Source: Haliotis cracherodii (Eukaryota). From it: a stretch of DNA of 64,000 bases. The stretch is taken from NCBI RefSeq assembly GCF_022045235.1, contig NW_027266273.1, positions 28,706,001 through 28,770,000 of the forward strand, written 5' to 3'. The notes beneath the pieces are model-generated. The model was not told the DNA's origin, made no database searches, and worked only from the letters and a program-made list of their open reading frames with translations. Of the stretch, positions 36,335-49,664 are shown piece after piece (within the stretch, counting starts at the first letter, position 1; every line of letters begins with the position of its first letter). The position numbers were made by a program, and so were the translations under genes.

Positions 36335-39300
36335 TTGGCGTTGTCTGTACAAGGGCACTTCTAGCTGTGTGACATGGCGTGGTCTATATGAGGGCACTTC
36401 CAGCTGTGTGGCATGGCGTGGTCTATATGGTGGCACGTCTAGCTGTGTGGCATGGCGTGGTCTATATGATGGCACGTCTAGCTGTGTGGCATGGCGTGGT
36501 CTATATGAGGACACGTCTAGCTGTGTGGCATGGCGTGGTCTATATGAGGGCACATCTAGCTGTGTGGCATGGCGTGGTCTATATGAGGGCACATCTAGCT
36601 GTGTGACATGGCGTGGTCTATATGAGGGCACGTCTAGCTGTGTGGCATGGCGTGGTCTATATGAGGGCACATCTAGCTGTGTGGCATGGCGTGGTCTATA
36701 TGAGGGCACGTCTAGCTGTGTGACATGGCGTGGTCTATATGAGGGCACGTCTAGCTGTGTGGCATGGCATGGTCTATATGAGGGCACGTCTAGCTGTGTG
36801 GCATGGCGTGGTCTATATGGTGGCACATCTAGCTGTGTGGCATGGCGTGGTCTTTATGAGGGCACGTCTAGCTGTGTGGCATGGCGTGGTCTATTTGAGG
36901 GCACGTCTAGCTGTGTGGCATGGCGTGGTCTATATGAGGGCACGTCTAGCTGTGTGGCACAGCATGGTCTATATGAGGGCACTTCTAGCTGTGTGACATG
37001 GCGTGGTCTATATGAGGGCACGTCTAGCTGTGTGGCATGGCGTGGTCTATATGATGGCACGTCTAGCTGTGTGGCATGGCGTGGTCTATACTAGGGCACT
37101 TCTAGTTGTGTGGCATGCCGTGGTCTATACTAGGGCACGTCTAGCTGTGTGGCATGGCGTGGTCTATTTGGAGCACATCTAGTTGTGTGACATGGCGTGG
37201 TCTATACTGGTGCACTTCTAGCTGTATGATATGGCGTGGTTTATACAAGGGCACTTCCAGCTGTGTGACATGGTGTGGTCTATATGAGGGCACTTCTAGC
37301 TGTGTGGCATGGCGTGGTCTATATGAGGGCACGTCTAGCTGTGTGACATGGCGTGGTCTATATGAGGGCACGTCTAGCTGTGTGGCATGGCATGGTCTAT
37401 ACTAGGGCACTCCTAGCTGTGTGGCATGGCGTGGGCTATATGAGGGCACGTCTAGCTGTGTGGCATGGCGTGGTCTATATGAGGGCACGTCTAGCTGTGT
37501 GGCATGGCGTGGTCTATATGAGGGCACGTCTAGCTGTGTGGCATGGCGTGGTCTATATGAGGGCACGTCTAGCTGTGTGGCACAGCGTGGTCTATATGAT
37601 GGGACGTCTAGCTGTGTGGCATGGTGTGGTCTTTATGAGGGCATGTCTGGCTGTGTGGCATGGCGTGGTCTATATGAGGGCACGTCTAGCTGTGTGACAT
37701 GGTGTGGTCTATATGTGGGCATATCTGGCTGTGTGGCATGGCGTGGTCATATGAGGGCACGTCTAGCTGTGTGACATGGAGTGGTCTATATGAGGGCACA
37801 TCTATCTGTGTGGCATGGCGTGGTCTGTACAAGGGCACCTCTAGCTGTGTGACATAACGTGGTCTAAACCAGGGCACTTCTAGCTGTTTTACATGGCGTG
37901 GTCTATACCAGGGCACATCTATCTGTGTGACATGGCGTGGTTCATATAAGGACACATCTAGCTTTTCGGCATGGCGGGGTATATACAAGGGCACTTCTAG
38001 CTGTGTGACATGACGTAGTCTATACTAGGGCAGTTCCAGCTATGTGGCATGGCGTGGTCTATACCGGGGCACTTCTAGCTGTGTGACATGACGTAGTCTA
38101 TAGGGCACCTCTCGGTGTGTGGTCTATACACCAGCTGTGTGACATGGTGTGGTCTATACTAGGGCACTTCCAGCTGTGTGACATGGAGTGGTCTGTACGG
38201 GGGAACTTCTGGTTGTGTGATATGGAGTGGCTTATACGAGGGAACTTCTAGCTGTGTGACATGCCGTGGTCTTTTCTGTAGCACCTCTTGCTGTGTGAGA
38301 TGGCGTGGTCTATACAAGGGCACTTCTGGCTGTGTGACATGGCGTGTTCTATACTGTAATACTTCTAGCTGTGTGACATGGCTTGGTCTATTCTGTAGTA
38401 CTTCTTGCTGTGTGACATGGCATGGTCTCTACTGGGGGACTTATAGCTGTGTGACATGGCATGGTCTATACTCGGGCACTTCTGGTTGTGTGACATGGTG
38501 AGATCTATACTAGGGCACTTCAACTATGTGACATGGCCTGGTTTTTACGAGGGCACTTTTGGTTGTATGACATGGAGTGGTCTGTACAAGGCCACTTCTG
38601 GATGAGTGACATGGAGTGGTCTATAAAAGGGCACTCCTAGCTCTGTGACATGTAGTGGTCTATATTAGGGCACTTCTAGCTATGTGACATGGCGTTGTCT
38701 GTACAAGGGCACTTCTAGCTATGTGACATGACATGGTCTGTACAAGGTCACAAGTACTTCTAGCTGTGTGACATGGTGTGGTCTGTACAAGATCTATGCT
38801 AGATCACTACTTTGAACCCACTCCTTTACATGGCCTGGTTTTTACGAGGGCACTTTTGGTTGTGTGACATGGCTTGGTCTGTACAAGGCCACTTCTGGAT
38901 GAGTGACATGGAGTGGTCTATAAAAGGGCACTCCTAGCTCTGTGACATGGAGTGGTCTATATTAGGGCACTTCCAGCTGTGTGACATGGCATGGTCTATA
39001 TTAGGGCACTTCTGGCTGTGTGACATGGTATGGTCTATATTAGGGCACTTCTAGCTGTGTGACATGGCATGGTCTATATGAGGGCACTTCTGGCTGTGTG
39101 ACATGGTATGGTCTATATTAGGGCACTTCTAGCTGTGTGACATAGTATGGTCTATATGAGGGCACTTCTGGCTGTGTGACATGGTATGGTCTATATTAGG
39201 GAACTTCTGGCTGTGTGACATGGAGTGGTCTATATGAGGGCACTTCTGGCTGTGTGACATGGTATGGTCTATATTAGGGCACTTCTGGCTGTGTGACATG

Positions 39301-40340
39301 GTATGGTCTATATTAGGGCACTTCTAGCTATGTGACATGGCGTTGTCTGTACAAGGGCACTTCTAGCTATGTGACATGACATGGTCTGTACAAGGTCACA
39401 AGTACTTCTAGCTGTGTGACATGGTGTGGTCTGTACAAGATCTATGCTAGATCACTACTTTGAACCCACTCCTTTACATGGCCTGGTTTTTACGAGGGCA
39501 CTTTTGGTTGTGTGACATGGCTTGGTCTGTACAAGGCCACTTCTGGATGAGTGACATGGAGTGGTCTATAAAAGGGCACTCCTAGCTCTGTGACATGGAG
39601 TGGTCTATATTAGGGCACTTCCAGCTGTGTGACATGGCATGGTCTATATTAGGGCACTTCTGGCTGTGTGACATGGTATGGTCTATATTAGGGCACTTCT
39701 AGCTGTGTGACATGGCATGGTCTATATGAGGGCACTTCTGGCTGTGTGACATGGTATGGTCTATATTAGGGCACTTCTAGCTGTGTGACATGGTATGGTC
39801 TATATGAGGGCACTTCTGGCTGTGTGACATGGTATGGTCTATATTAGGGAACTTCTGGCTGTGTGACATGGCATGGTCTATATGAGGGCACTTCTGGCTG
39901 TGTGACATGGTATGGTCTATATTAGGGCACTTCTGGCTGTGTGACATGGTATGGTCTATATTAGGGCACTTCTGGCTGTGTGACATGGCATGGTCTATAT
40001 TAGGGCACTTCTAGCTGTGTGACATGGCATGGTCTATATTAGGGCACTTCTGGCTGTGTGACATGGCATGGTCTATATGAGGGCACTTCTAGCTGTGTGA
40101 CATGGCATGGTCTGTACAAGGTCACTAGTACTTCTAGCTATGTGACATGGGGTGGTCTGTACAAGATCTATGCTAGATCACTACTTTGAACCCACTCCTT
40201 TACATGGCCTGGTTTTTACGAGGGCACTTTTGGTTATGTGACATGGCTTGGTCTGTACAAAGCCACTTCTGGATGAGGGACATGGAGTGGTCTATAAAAA
40301 GGCACTCCTAGCTCTGTGACATGGAGTGGTCTATATTAGT
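36335..40340. repeat. Minisatellite, 39-bp unit, ~100 copies, with higher-order repeat
   Basis: Unit ctagctgtgtggcatggcgtggtctatatgagggcacgt. A non-unit spacer recurs at 38791, 39439 and 40165. Confidence 0.98.
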
Positions 40341-41130
40341 GGTCTCAAAGGTATAGCCGGATAAATGGTGAATAAAGGTACATCTAAAGAGGGCCGTGTC
40401 AATGTTAAAGCTAAAGACGTTTTTCATTGGCTTTAACTGATCACTTCAAGTGGCAAAGAATCATTAAGGACTGATTAGACTGATCAACATGAGTTACAAC
40501 AAGGGTCGCATTTATCTTTGTGGGATGTCCACAGTGTCCTGTATTCCTATCAACACGGTTTAGGGGAGGACCTCCTTTACATGGAGGTCTTTTTCTCGAT
40601 AATGCCATCGACCAATAATAAGATATTAAATAGCTCTCTAAACATTTATTGTTGACATCTGGATTATAGTATTTAGAATGTTGCAAGTGGAATGGCGTAT
40701 CTCTCATGTTGTGATGACAAACTGGAAATGTACAACTCATATTTTATGGGCACTCATTGTCGTCATAAAATATTCCACTACTTCATGTAAAGTGGTTGAG
40801 TCCTCTAAATGTACGCTGACTATGCTACTGGCAAGGAGGGATTGTAAACGAGTAATTGAATTTGTAAACATCATTTGTTAAACTGTTTAACAATAATCTG
40901 AATTTCCTCGTACATCAAGCTATTTCATTTATGCTAATATGAGTATATCATTGCAATCTTAATCGATGTGGCTCATTAAAGCAGAGAGATTGCGTTACAC
41001 ATTGTCAGCATGCACAAAGTCACAAAGCAGATTAACCAGAAATATTCGCAATGCGCTAGCCACATCTAAAAACTTCCTGACGTTCAGCCGCAGTAAGGCA
41101 GGGGATTCAGCGTCATTTGGTACTCTACAT

Positions 41131-42088
41131 AACACAAGTCTCATCAGGAACATTATAACAGAGAGTGGCAAACACGAGTCTCATCACAGGAACATTACAA
41201 CAGAGAGCGACAAACACGAGTCGCATCAGGAACATTATAACAGAGCGGCAGACACGAGTCTCATCACATGAACATTATAACAGAGAGTGGCAAACAAAAG
41301 TCTCATCACAGGAACATTTTAACAGAGAGCGGCAAACACGAGTCTCATCACAGGAACATTACAACAGAGAGCGGCAAACACGAGTCTCAACACAGGAACA
41401 TTATAACAGAGAGCGGCAAACACGAGTCTCAACACAGGAACATTATAACAGAGAGTGGCAAACACGAGTCTCAACACAGGAACATTATAACAGAGAGAGG
41501 CAAACAAAAGTCTCATCACAGGAACATTATAACAGAGAGCGGCAAACACGAGTCTCAACACAGGAACATTATAACAGAGAGAGGCAAACATAAGTCTCAT
41601 CACATGAACATTGTAACAGAGAGAGGCAAACATAAGTCTCATCACAGGAACATTATAACAGAGGGCGGCAAATAAAAGTCTCATCGCAGGAACATTGTAA
41701 CAGGGAGAGGCAAACAAAAGTCTCATCACAGGAACATTGTAACAGAGAGCGGCAAACAAAAGTCTCACCACAGGAACATTGTAACAGAGAGAGGCAAACA
41801 CGAGTCTTATCACAGGAACATTGTAACAGAGAGAGTCAAACACGAGTCTCATCAGGAACATTATAACAGAGAGCGGCAGACACGAGTCTCATCACAGGAA
41901 CATTATAACAGAGAGAGTCAAACATGAGTATCACCACAGGAACATTATAACAGAGAGTGGCAAACACGAGTCTTATCCCAGGAACATTGTAACAGAGAGA
42001 GGCAAACAAAAGTCTCATCACAGGAACATTGTAACAGAGAGAGGCAAACAAAAGTCTCATCACAGGAACATTGTAACAGAGAGAGGCA
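41131..42088. repeat. Minisatellite, 42-bp unit, ~23 copies
   Basis: Unit caggaacattataacagagagcggcaaacacgagtctcatca. Confidence 0.97.
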
Positions 42089-43862
42089 TTATGTGTACCG
42101 GTAACTTCCAGGAGGCTCTACAGATTGTACAAGATGGCAGTGACAGGGTTTATGATGGTTTTGGTTCACGACAAAACTTTATAATTGCTGTGTACAGTGA
42201 GTTATAAGGTTAGATACACTGTCCAATTACGGTGGCACTACCGCCTGGAAACAATGTCAAAAGCCCCAGTTGAGGTCATGGCCATGTGCAATGTATCCCA
42301 GGGGATGGTTGGTGTTGACAAGCTAAGCATCATAATAATATTTCGGAACCACACAGTGTACACCTCACCACAGACCACTGGGCCCATGCAAGAATGTCAT
42401 GGGCATAAATCGTGAATTGTGCTGTGTTTGGCTTACGTTAGGGGTTTGTTCATCGTTACAACAGTTCCCTTGTGTTTGGTTCAATGTTTGGCATTCTGAA
42501 TAGAGCTTTGGATTTTGTCTTAAAATGGACCTTTCATATATTTTAATGCATCAGTTGGTTTTGAAGGCTGAAGTGTAATAATATTATCAATCTCATGAAA
42601 TGTCGTTTGCAGAGTAGACCTCGTTTAATGATCCTCGGTTGTATATATTTAACCGGATACGTTTACATTATTTTAAATAAATCAATTTAAAACCGAGGAC
42701 TGACCTTGATTTGTTCGTCCCTCGTCCATTTTTTTTAAATTAATGATTAAAAAAGGGCTTCTCATCCGACACGTTGAGGCATTCCAATCTTTTCGTTTAG
42801 GCTATATTTCACACCAACAAATTTAAATTTTACTTTGAGCAGTACTTTACACATAAAAAAGACTACTTCGAGCAGAAAGCGTATGGTCTGTATTAAATTA
42901 ACAAGCTGCTTGCAGCGAGTCTGATATTTCTGTCTCAAATTGAAGGAAGATTGGCTGCACGTAAGATGTTGTTTTTGGAGGAGAGATAAGTCCAGTTAGA
43001 CTGCGACTTTATGCATGCTGAGTGCTGTTTGTTTCATAATTTACGTTTCTCCGAGAGTTTGAACTTCATTATAATAACAATACTGGCAACTGGTTGGCAT
43101 CGAGTGGCTCTCACATTGAAACAACCACTCTCTTTGGTATTTATTTGTTGAACCGGAACTCTCCAGTTGTATAAGAATTCTTTAAATCGATTGTTTGTAT
43201 CACAGTGTGAGTGTTGTTCTCAGAAGGATGATGACGGTATCTCATATAACATTCGAGAAGCTGTTTAGTTCGGTTAGTTTGTTATACCAATAGGTGAGTG
43301 AATTGGGCTTGAGCTACGAAAGAGATTTAACAACCCGGACTTTATAGAGACAGTCATGCTATGTTCTTTACAATCTGATACTGAGAAGCTACATGACATT
43401 ATCAACAACAAGGTGCCGCATACATACACAGAGCAAACGGGTGTCCTGCCTTTAACAACATTAAAAACCTTCCACCTTATCGAAATCTGTGAGTACATGC
43501 TGACATCCTGCTAGTCACCATACAGACACACACTGCACGGCAATCCAAGGCAACTTGAGCCAACACAAGTCAGGTCCCATCTGTCACTATCGCTCTTGGA
43601 AAGGAAGATTTCGACCCGTGCACATCTTGAACCAACTGGCATAGATGTGGAGGTTAAAATGCGCTCCAAGGTCTTTTCCCAGTAACCAGAGCCCAGTGTA
43701 CAAGTCTCGCCATATCCTCAGCATGTGTTCATGAGTCTCTATAACATTGTGATGACGCACAATGGTGAACGTATCCTTGCAAAACCGGTGCTACTCGTCA
43801 CAAACACACGCAAAGGCAAGACGCCCTTGTTTGACAGCTTCATATAGATGCTCTGGTCTGAG

Positions 43863-43924
43863 GTAGGGTGAAATGGCATTTACCACGCGTCCAAGATTAT
43901 TGCACTTATATAGCGACGTGCATG

Positions 43925-43964
<40 letters not shown>

Positions 43965-44198
43965 CTGCTTGTACTACCGGACTGATGCCGATGTATAGTG
44001 CTAGCCCACTGAGATACCATGCCGCAGTTTAACACGAATACCCCACTAAGTATACTGACTCCGAGCCGACTAGTCCTTGTTTTAGTCCCTTAACAGGGTA
44101 CCGTCTTTTAACGTCGTTTGGTATGACGCGGCCGGGGATCGAAGCCCGGACCTTCCGCTCTCCGGGCGGACGCTCTACCACTAGACCATGGAGGCGGT
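43863..44198 (-). mobile_element. tRNA-derived SINE (Meta/MESC-like) with internal (GT)n and TSD
   Basis: Homologous to 27169-27524. Flanks ctctggtctgag / ctcgggtctgag. Confidence 0.87.
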
Positions 44199-47100
44199 CT
44201 CGGGTCTGAGTGAGTCAGACCTTGGCACAGCGTAGATTAGGATAGCCTTGTAGCATACAGACGTTTTATAGTCACGTCGCTGCAAGATCGATTCGGTAAA
44301 TGTATTGCTGAACTTCTATTCGCAAAAGAGTGACATTTCAGCCATTAAGAAAGGTACATAGTCTGCATGTCATTGCGATGTGATGCATCCGTTCACAGAT
44401 GGGTCATTATCATGGATATATTATTATTTTTATATGCATATGACGGGGTTAGGGTAATCAGGATCATGGAACAGCCATAGCGATATCACTAACAGTTCAG
44501 GGCCTAAACATTATATATTACACCACAGAGAGTCCCAATTTCCTCCCCAACGACTGCTGCTGTCTGCGCGTCTGTAGATAAGCTTCATAATGTAACAGTG
44601 TAGCTAATGAGTGCGCGCGTGTATGATTGGAGCAATTATCGTTAATCGGTGCATAACGCAGCACGGCCGTGACCTTCAGGGGTCATCACGAGGCTGACGA
44701 TCCATACAGAACTTATAACATGTACTGAGTCCCTGTCTATCGGCCATCTGGGACCAATAGCAGTGTACGGAAAAGCATCAACAATCGATTCTCACCAAAT
44801 AATTTCTTCTACTGCAATGAACCATCCAGGTACAGATTCGTCTGTCCTCGTGGGGACACATAGCGCCGTGGCACTTGCCATTTTATTTATTCTTCATGTG
44901 TTAGGACTGAATAAGTATGCAACATATCACTTACATCAGACAATTTAGGCAATGATGCTCACTATAACGGTTTTCTTATTTGAGGCCTTGCCAGTGGGAA
45001 CAACTACTAACTGTTTATGTAAGGCAACCAAACTGTGGATGAGAACTGGTTGGGACAGAATCGATGTATTCCGATACTGTTTCCACTTTGTGTGCATTTT
45101 ACCAATGCGAACATCACGCACGTAATTCCTTCTTAAAGACATTCAATAGCTCACCTTCACTCTTGGCCACCTCTTTGACATAGGCTTCCATACCAACCAT
45201 AATTATTCTAATTATCATATTTTTCAATAACCGACGAAGTCGTTATTGTCAACAACGCTGAAGTCACCTGTGAGTATATGACTAACAAGTTGGTAGCAGT
45301 ATGATGAGTCTTGGCAGCCAAGAATAACATCATGAGCTGTCACGTCCATGTCCAGCTTCACGCGTGTACAACTGACAGGAAATGAAACTGTTGGTGGTTC
45401 CTGAAATCAAAAATATAGTGAGACATTTAGGGAAAGTTTTCTCTGAGAATGTTACTTACATGTAAGTTTAAAGCCGCAGCTGTCTTGTTCGTAAATTTCA
45501 AATTCAGGATTATGTCGTCTTTTTCGGATTTAGTGGAGTTTAGTTTGGCCAAACCTTTCAAAGCTATATCAAGAATTGTACTGTGTATTCGATACTGTGG
45601 GCTTTTACCGTTTGTAGACCTATCCATCAACACAAGCTGCTGAAGTCGTTTGATTTCTATCAACGACAGAGATACAGTCTTGTTCTTACTTTGTTCAGTC
45701 CCTGTGGTTACTGGCGGTGATGCAACCTATCTTCTAAATCACTGGTATTTGGCCTGCGAGCTTTCTGGTGGCGGCATCTGAAGGGACCCAATACATGGGC
45801 TGTGGCTGATCAGTGGTTAGAAGATTAACAACGTCTTTAAATGTATGATTACATCCATATGAAATGCTGTACACAACCAGTTGAATGGACATTCTATATG
45901 GTCTTTAAGGTTAGTAGATGGATGGTATATTTTCTTTAATGTCGTAACTTGTAGGAAAGAGACTGAGTGATTTTCAAAATTGAAATGTTGGTAGACACAA
46001 TTGGAAATAGATTTGCTCATCGACATGAACGAGCTTTTCAAAGCGTATACAACGAACGGAGCATGCGAATACGGATTGCAATACAACGGATATAGCGCAC
46101 AATTGTTTGAGTATATTCCTCAGCGGAAGTAGTGTGGTATATTACTCATATACTGCAAGAACAAAATTTTACTTGTGAAAGAATGGCGTATGCAAATTGG
46201 TAACTGGTGATTTTCCCGCCTACATTACGACCAGTGATTAAAGTCATTTTAAAGAGAACTGATACAACACATTTTGATCAAATTTATATAGCGAGAAAAC
46301 CATCAATTACAAAACACCTGTATTCGGTGAAACGAGAAATTGTGTTAGCAGTGAATTACAGGCCGGGGTAGTCTGTGATACAGACCCTGTAACAAATATA
46401 TAGCCCATGCAAGTCAATAATGTTTGGAAAGTCTAGATTACTGCAGTATCAGGAAATGAAGAAAGTCTCTTGGCGCTTTTTTATTACATTGTACAACTAT
46501 AATATAACAACTGTTTTATTTCTGTAAAATATGTTCATTTCAGAGACAAGGTGTTAGTCTAAGACCGTGGCGGACGGTGACGGCGTGGCGTCCCCATGTG
46601 TCAGTGGAGTATATCTTTTTACCTGCCCAAGCATATAGTCGTGATTGTTTTGACATATTTCAGAAAGAATCTTTAGGTATATGTTACGCCATGTGCGATA
46701 CGAGATTGTATCGACTGACATCATAGAGGTCACAGCCTTGTTCGAAGGGAGACTAATCCAATGTTTTGCTGAGTCTGTGACATAATCTTCTTATCAACTG
46801 TCTTTGTGTAATTACTTTTGAAATGTTTAAAATCGAAAACAGATCGAAGGTTGTAATGAGGGCCCAAGATTCTCGAAGTGTCATCGAAAGTACTTATTGT
46901 AACCTAACAGTGACATCACAACATGATAATTTAATATGCGAGGACAGTAAGCAGGGATGTGGGTCGTGGTTTCCGTGCAACTCATAGTGAATTGCGACAC
47001 CCTTGACAAGCTCGTCAGTCCCTGCAGTTGACTGTCCTCGCCCACAATGGAGAGGTGAATGTGTTGCACTGAGAATATAAATCCGCCGTGTTTGCTGCTT

Positions 47101-47755
47101 GTTCTGGGAGAATGTTTGGCCATAACCCTGTTATGATAGCAGATTTACTAATACAACTCCCTAGTACAACGATAACGTAATGAGGTAGCAGTAAAACTGT
47201 TTCACAAAGTAACTCTGTTGTGAAGTTATTTGTGTTTTCAACAGAAGCAACCTTGATAGGAGGCCAAAGTAAATAAACCCATCAGGCCATGTAGGTGTTT
47301 TTACACCTCGGCTAGATTTCAGATCCATTTTGGTATAAAGTGTTGAACTTGTGACCCGAAGTCATGTTGTTACCTTTCAATAAAGAGATCCATGTGTGCG
47401 AGAGACAAGCCGGCAGTAAGAGGGGGCGGGTGTCGGGGCTGGTGTGAACACAGTGGCGGACTTGCAGGCCCATTAACTCTTGCTGTGGCGCTAACCTGTC
47501 CGAGCAGATACATGTAAACAACGTAGAAAGTAGTTCACGTGCCATTACACTAGAAAAACATTCTGATGTTTACCGGTGTACGATCGAACACACACGGAAC
47601 AACGTTACGTCAATGTGTGTTACGTGACACTCCCGAGAGCATGGACACCATGTGCGGTAAACAAAGTGTTATTGACATCAGTTTGACCGAGGCAAGGACA
47701 CCGAGGCCATTGTCACAGGTGTGCGAAACATGTAGGGGATCCCCACCGTACATCA

Positions 47756-48240
47756 TTGCCACGATGTGACTGAAATGTATATTGCCACGATGTGACTGAA
47801 ATGTATATCGTCACGATGTGACTGAAGTGTATATTTTCACGATGTGACTGAAGTGTATATTTTCACGATGTGACTGAAGTGTATATTGTCACTATGTGAC
47901 TGAAGTGTATATTGCCACGATGTTACTGAAGTGTATATTGCCACGATGTTACTGAAGTGTATATTGTCACGATGTGACTGAAGTGAATATTGCCACTATG
48001 TGGATGAAGTTTATATTGCCACGATGTGACTGAAGTGAATATAGTCACGATGTGACTGAAGTGTATATTGTCACGATGTGACTGAAGTGTATATTTTCAC
48101 GATGTTACTGAAGTGTATATTGTCACTATGTGACTGAAGTGTATATTGTCACTATGTGACTGAAGTGTATATTGTCACGATATGACTGAAGTGTATATTT
48201 TCACGATGTGACTGAAGTGTATTTTGTCACGATGTGACTC
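47756..48240. repeat. Minisatellite, 26-bp unit, ~18 copies
   Basis: Unit cacgatgtgactgaagtgtatattgt. Confidence 0.97.
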
Positions 48241-48296
48241 AATGGTGTATTGACTCCATGTAAATGAAGTGTGTATTGTCGGTATATGGTCTCTGG

Positions 48297-49584
48297 GGTT
48301 ACAGGCCGGCAAAGCCACATTTCGAAAATAGATAGCCCAAATTGACGTGGCTCTCGCGGCAATGGTTATGGTTGCGTGATTGTATAATGTGGCTCTCGCG
48401 GCTATGCTGTCAAAACATGCTTTGTGATTCTAACAGGTTACCGTATATAACAAAACAAGTCTCGTTTTCTCATTTTTTATTCAACAAGGATAACACATTC
48501 ATCAAAACTTTATATTGATGAATAGCATATGAATATCATAATGGATTTAATGGCATTACTGCAGATGAAGGAGGGAGCCCACGTGGTCAGCATATTCCAT
48601 CTCACTCAGGTGTTGGTTCAGGAACTGGATCTTGAGGGACGCAATACGTGCATCGATTGCCTTGTACTTCTTTCTTCGTGAAGGTTCTGACCACTGGTGA
48701 GAGAGTCTCAGGACTGCAACCTCTTTGAGTGACTGCTCTCGCTGAAATAGCTTCACTACCTCGTAGATGTTCGGGTGGCACTTCTTGGCAAGTTTCTTTA
48801 TCTTATTGTGCCACCCTTCCAGGTGATTGTTGGTACGGTGGCCTTGGTTTTCGAAATGGTTCCAAATCTCTGGCATGAAGGCCCCTCCTTGAACCCAACT
48901 GGTTGTCACGTAGTCCATGAAGGCAGTCACTTTAGGGCCAGCAGGAGAGTCAGCAATGGCATCAAGCCACACATCATCCACTTTGTCACGAGGTACTAGA
49001 GGGAGGGCAGCAGCTCTTCTCACCAGCTTCTTCACCTCCTCATCTTCCTTAAAGTCCATCACCAGACCTTCTTTCTGCACCCTCCTCTAGATACATTGGG
49101 TGAAGTGAAAGAAACACCCTCTAACTAATGTCCCAGGAAATACATCAGTCACGGCATTGTGAGCTGCACGTTTAAAGTCCAACTGAATTGTAAGTGGGGC
49201 AAACTCTAGACCTCCTCTACTAGCAAAATCGCATAGGTACTGAAACATGTTGACATAACACTCTTTTTTTTCGATTGGACAACAAACAGTAAACTAATGG
49301 AAACATATGGCCAAACACCTCAGCATGTAAACAATAAATCTGATCAAACAACTTGGGACAGGCATAAAATGTACCATCACAAAATACAATGTCTGCAGTA
49401 CACTCATTTAAAGGTATCTCTAAAGAACACCACGCTTAGTAATTTAAATGTGGGACACTCATATAAAGGTATCGGTAATCGGATTAATTGATTACCCGCT
49501 AGAATAGGTGAAATGCACTCAGCTGAAAATGTGGCTCTACCGGCAATAGCCATTTCTGAAATGTGGCTCTCCCGGCTAGACACC
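48297..49584 (-). mobile_element. Mutator-like (MULE) DNA transposon, internally deleted
   Basis: Imperfect TIRs ggttacaggccggcaaagccacatttc / gaaatgtggctctcccggctagacacc. Exact 8-bp TSD gtctctgg (48289-48296, 49585-49592). Confidence 0.9.
48556..49403 (-). pseudogene. MULE transposase pseudogene (catalytic domain)
   Basis: Motifs FCDGTFYACP, FPLVYCLL, IQLDFK, GCFFHFTQ and RTNNHLEGWHN. Frameshift in an A-run near 49265 and a TAG stop near 49088. N-terminus missing. Confidence 0.93.
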
Positions 49585-49664
49585 GTCTCTGGTATTAAGT
49601 TGAGTTTCAAACCGCCGGTGTTCTTATTGTCCCTGAGCCGCCCTACTTTAATTTGAAGTTGACA

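Noticed and set aside
36335-40340. CRISPR-like repeat/spacer appearance
   Set aside because: Units are contiguous, the one spacer is identical in all three copies, there are no cas genes, and the context is eukaryotic.
36233-42063. Repetitive ORFs over the 39-bp and 42-bp arrays
   Set aside because: Minisatellite artefacts, interrupted by stops as units diverge.
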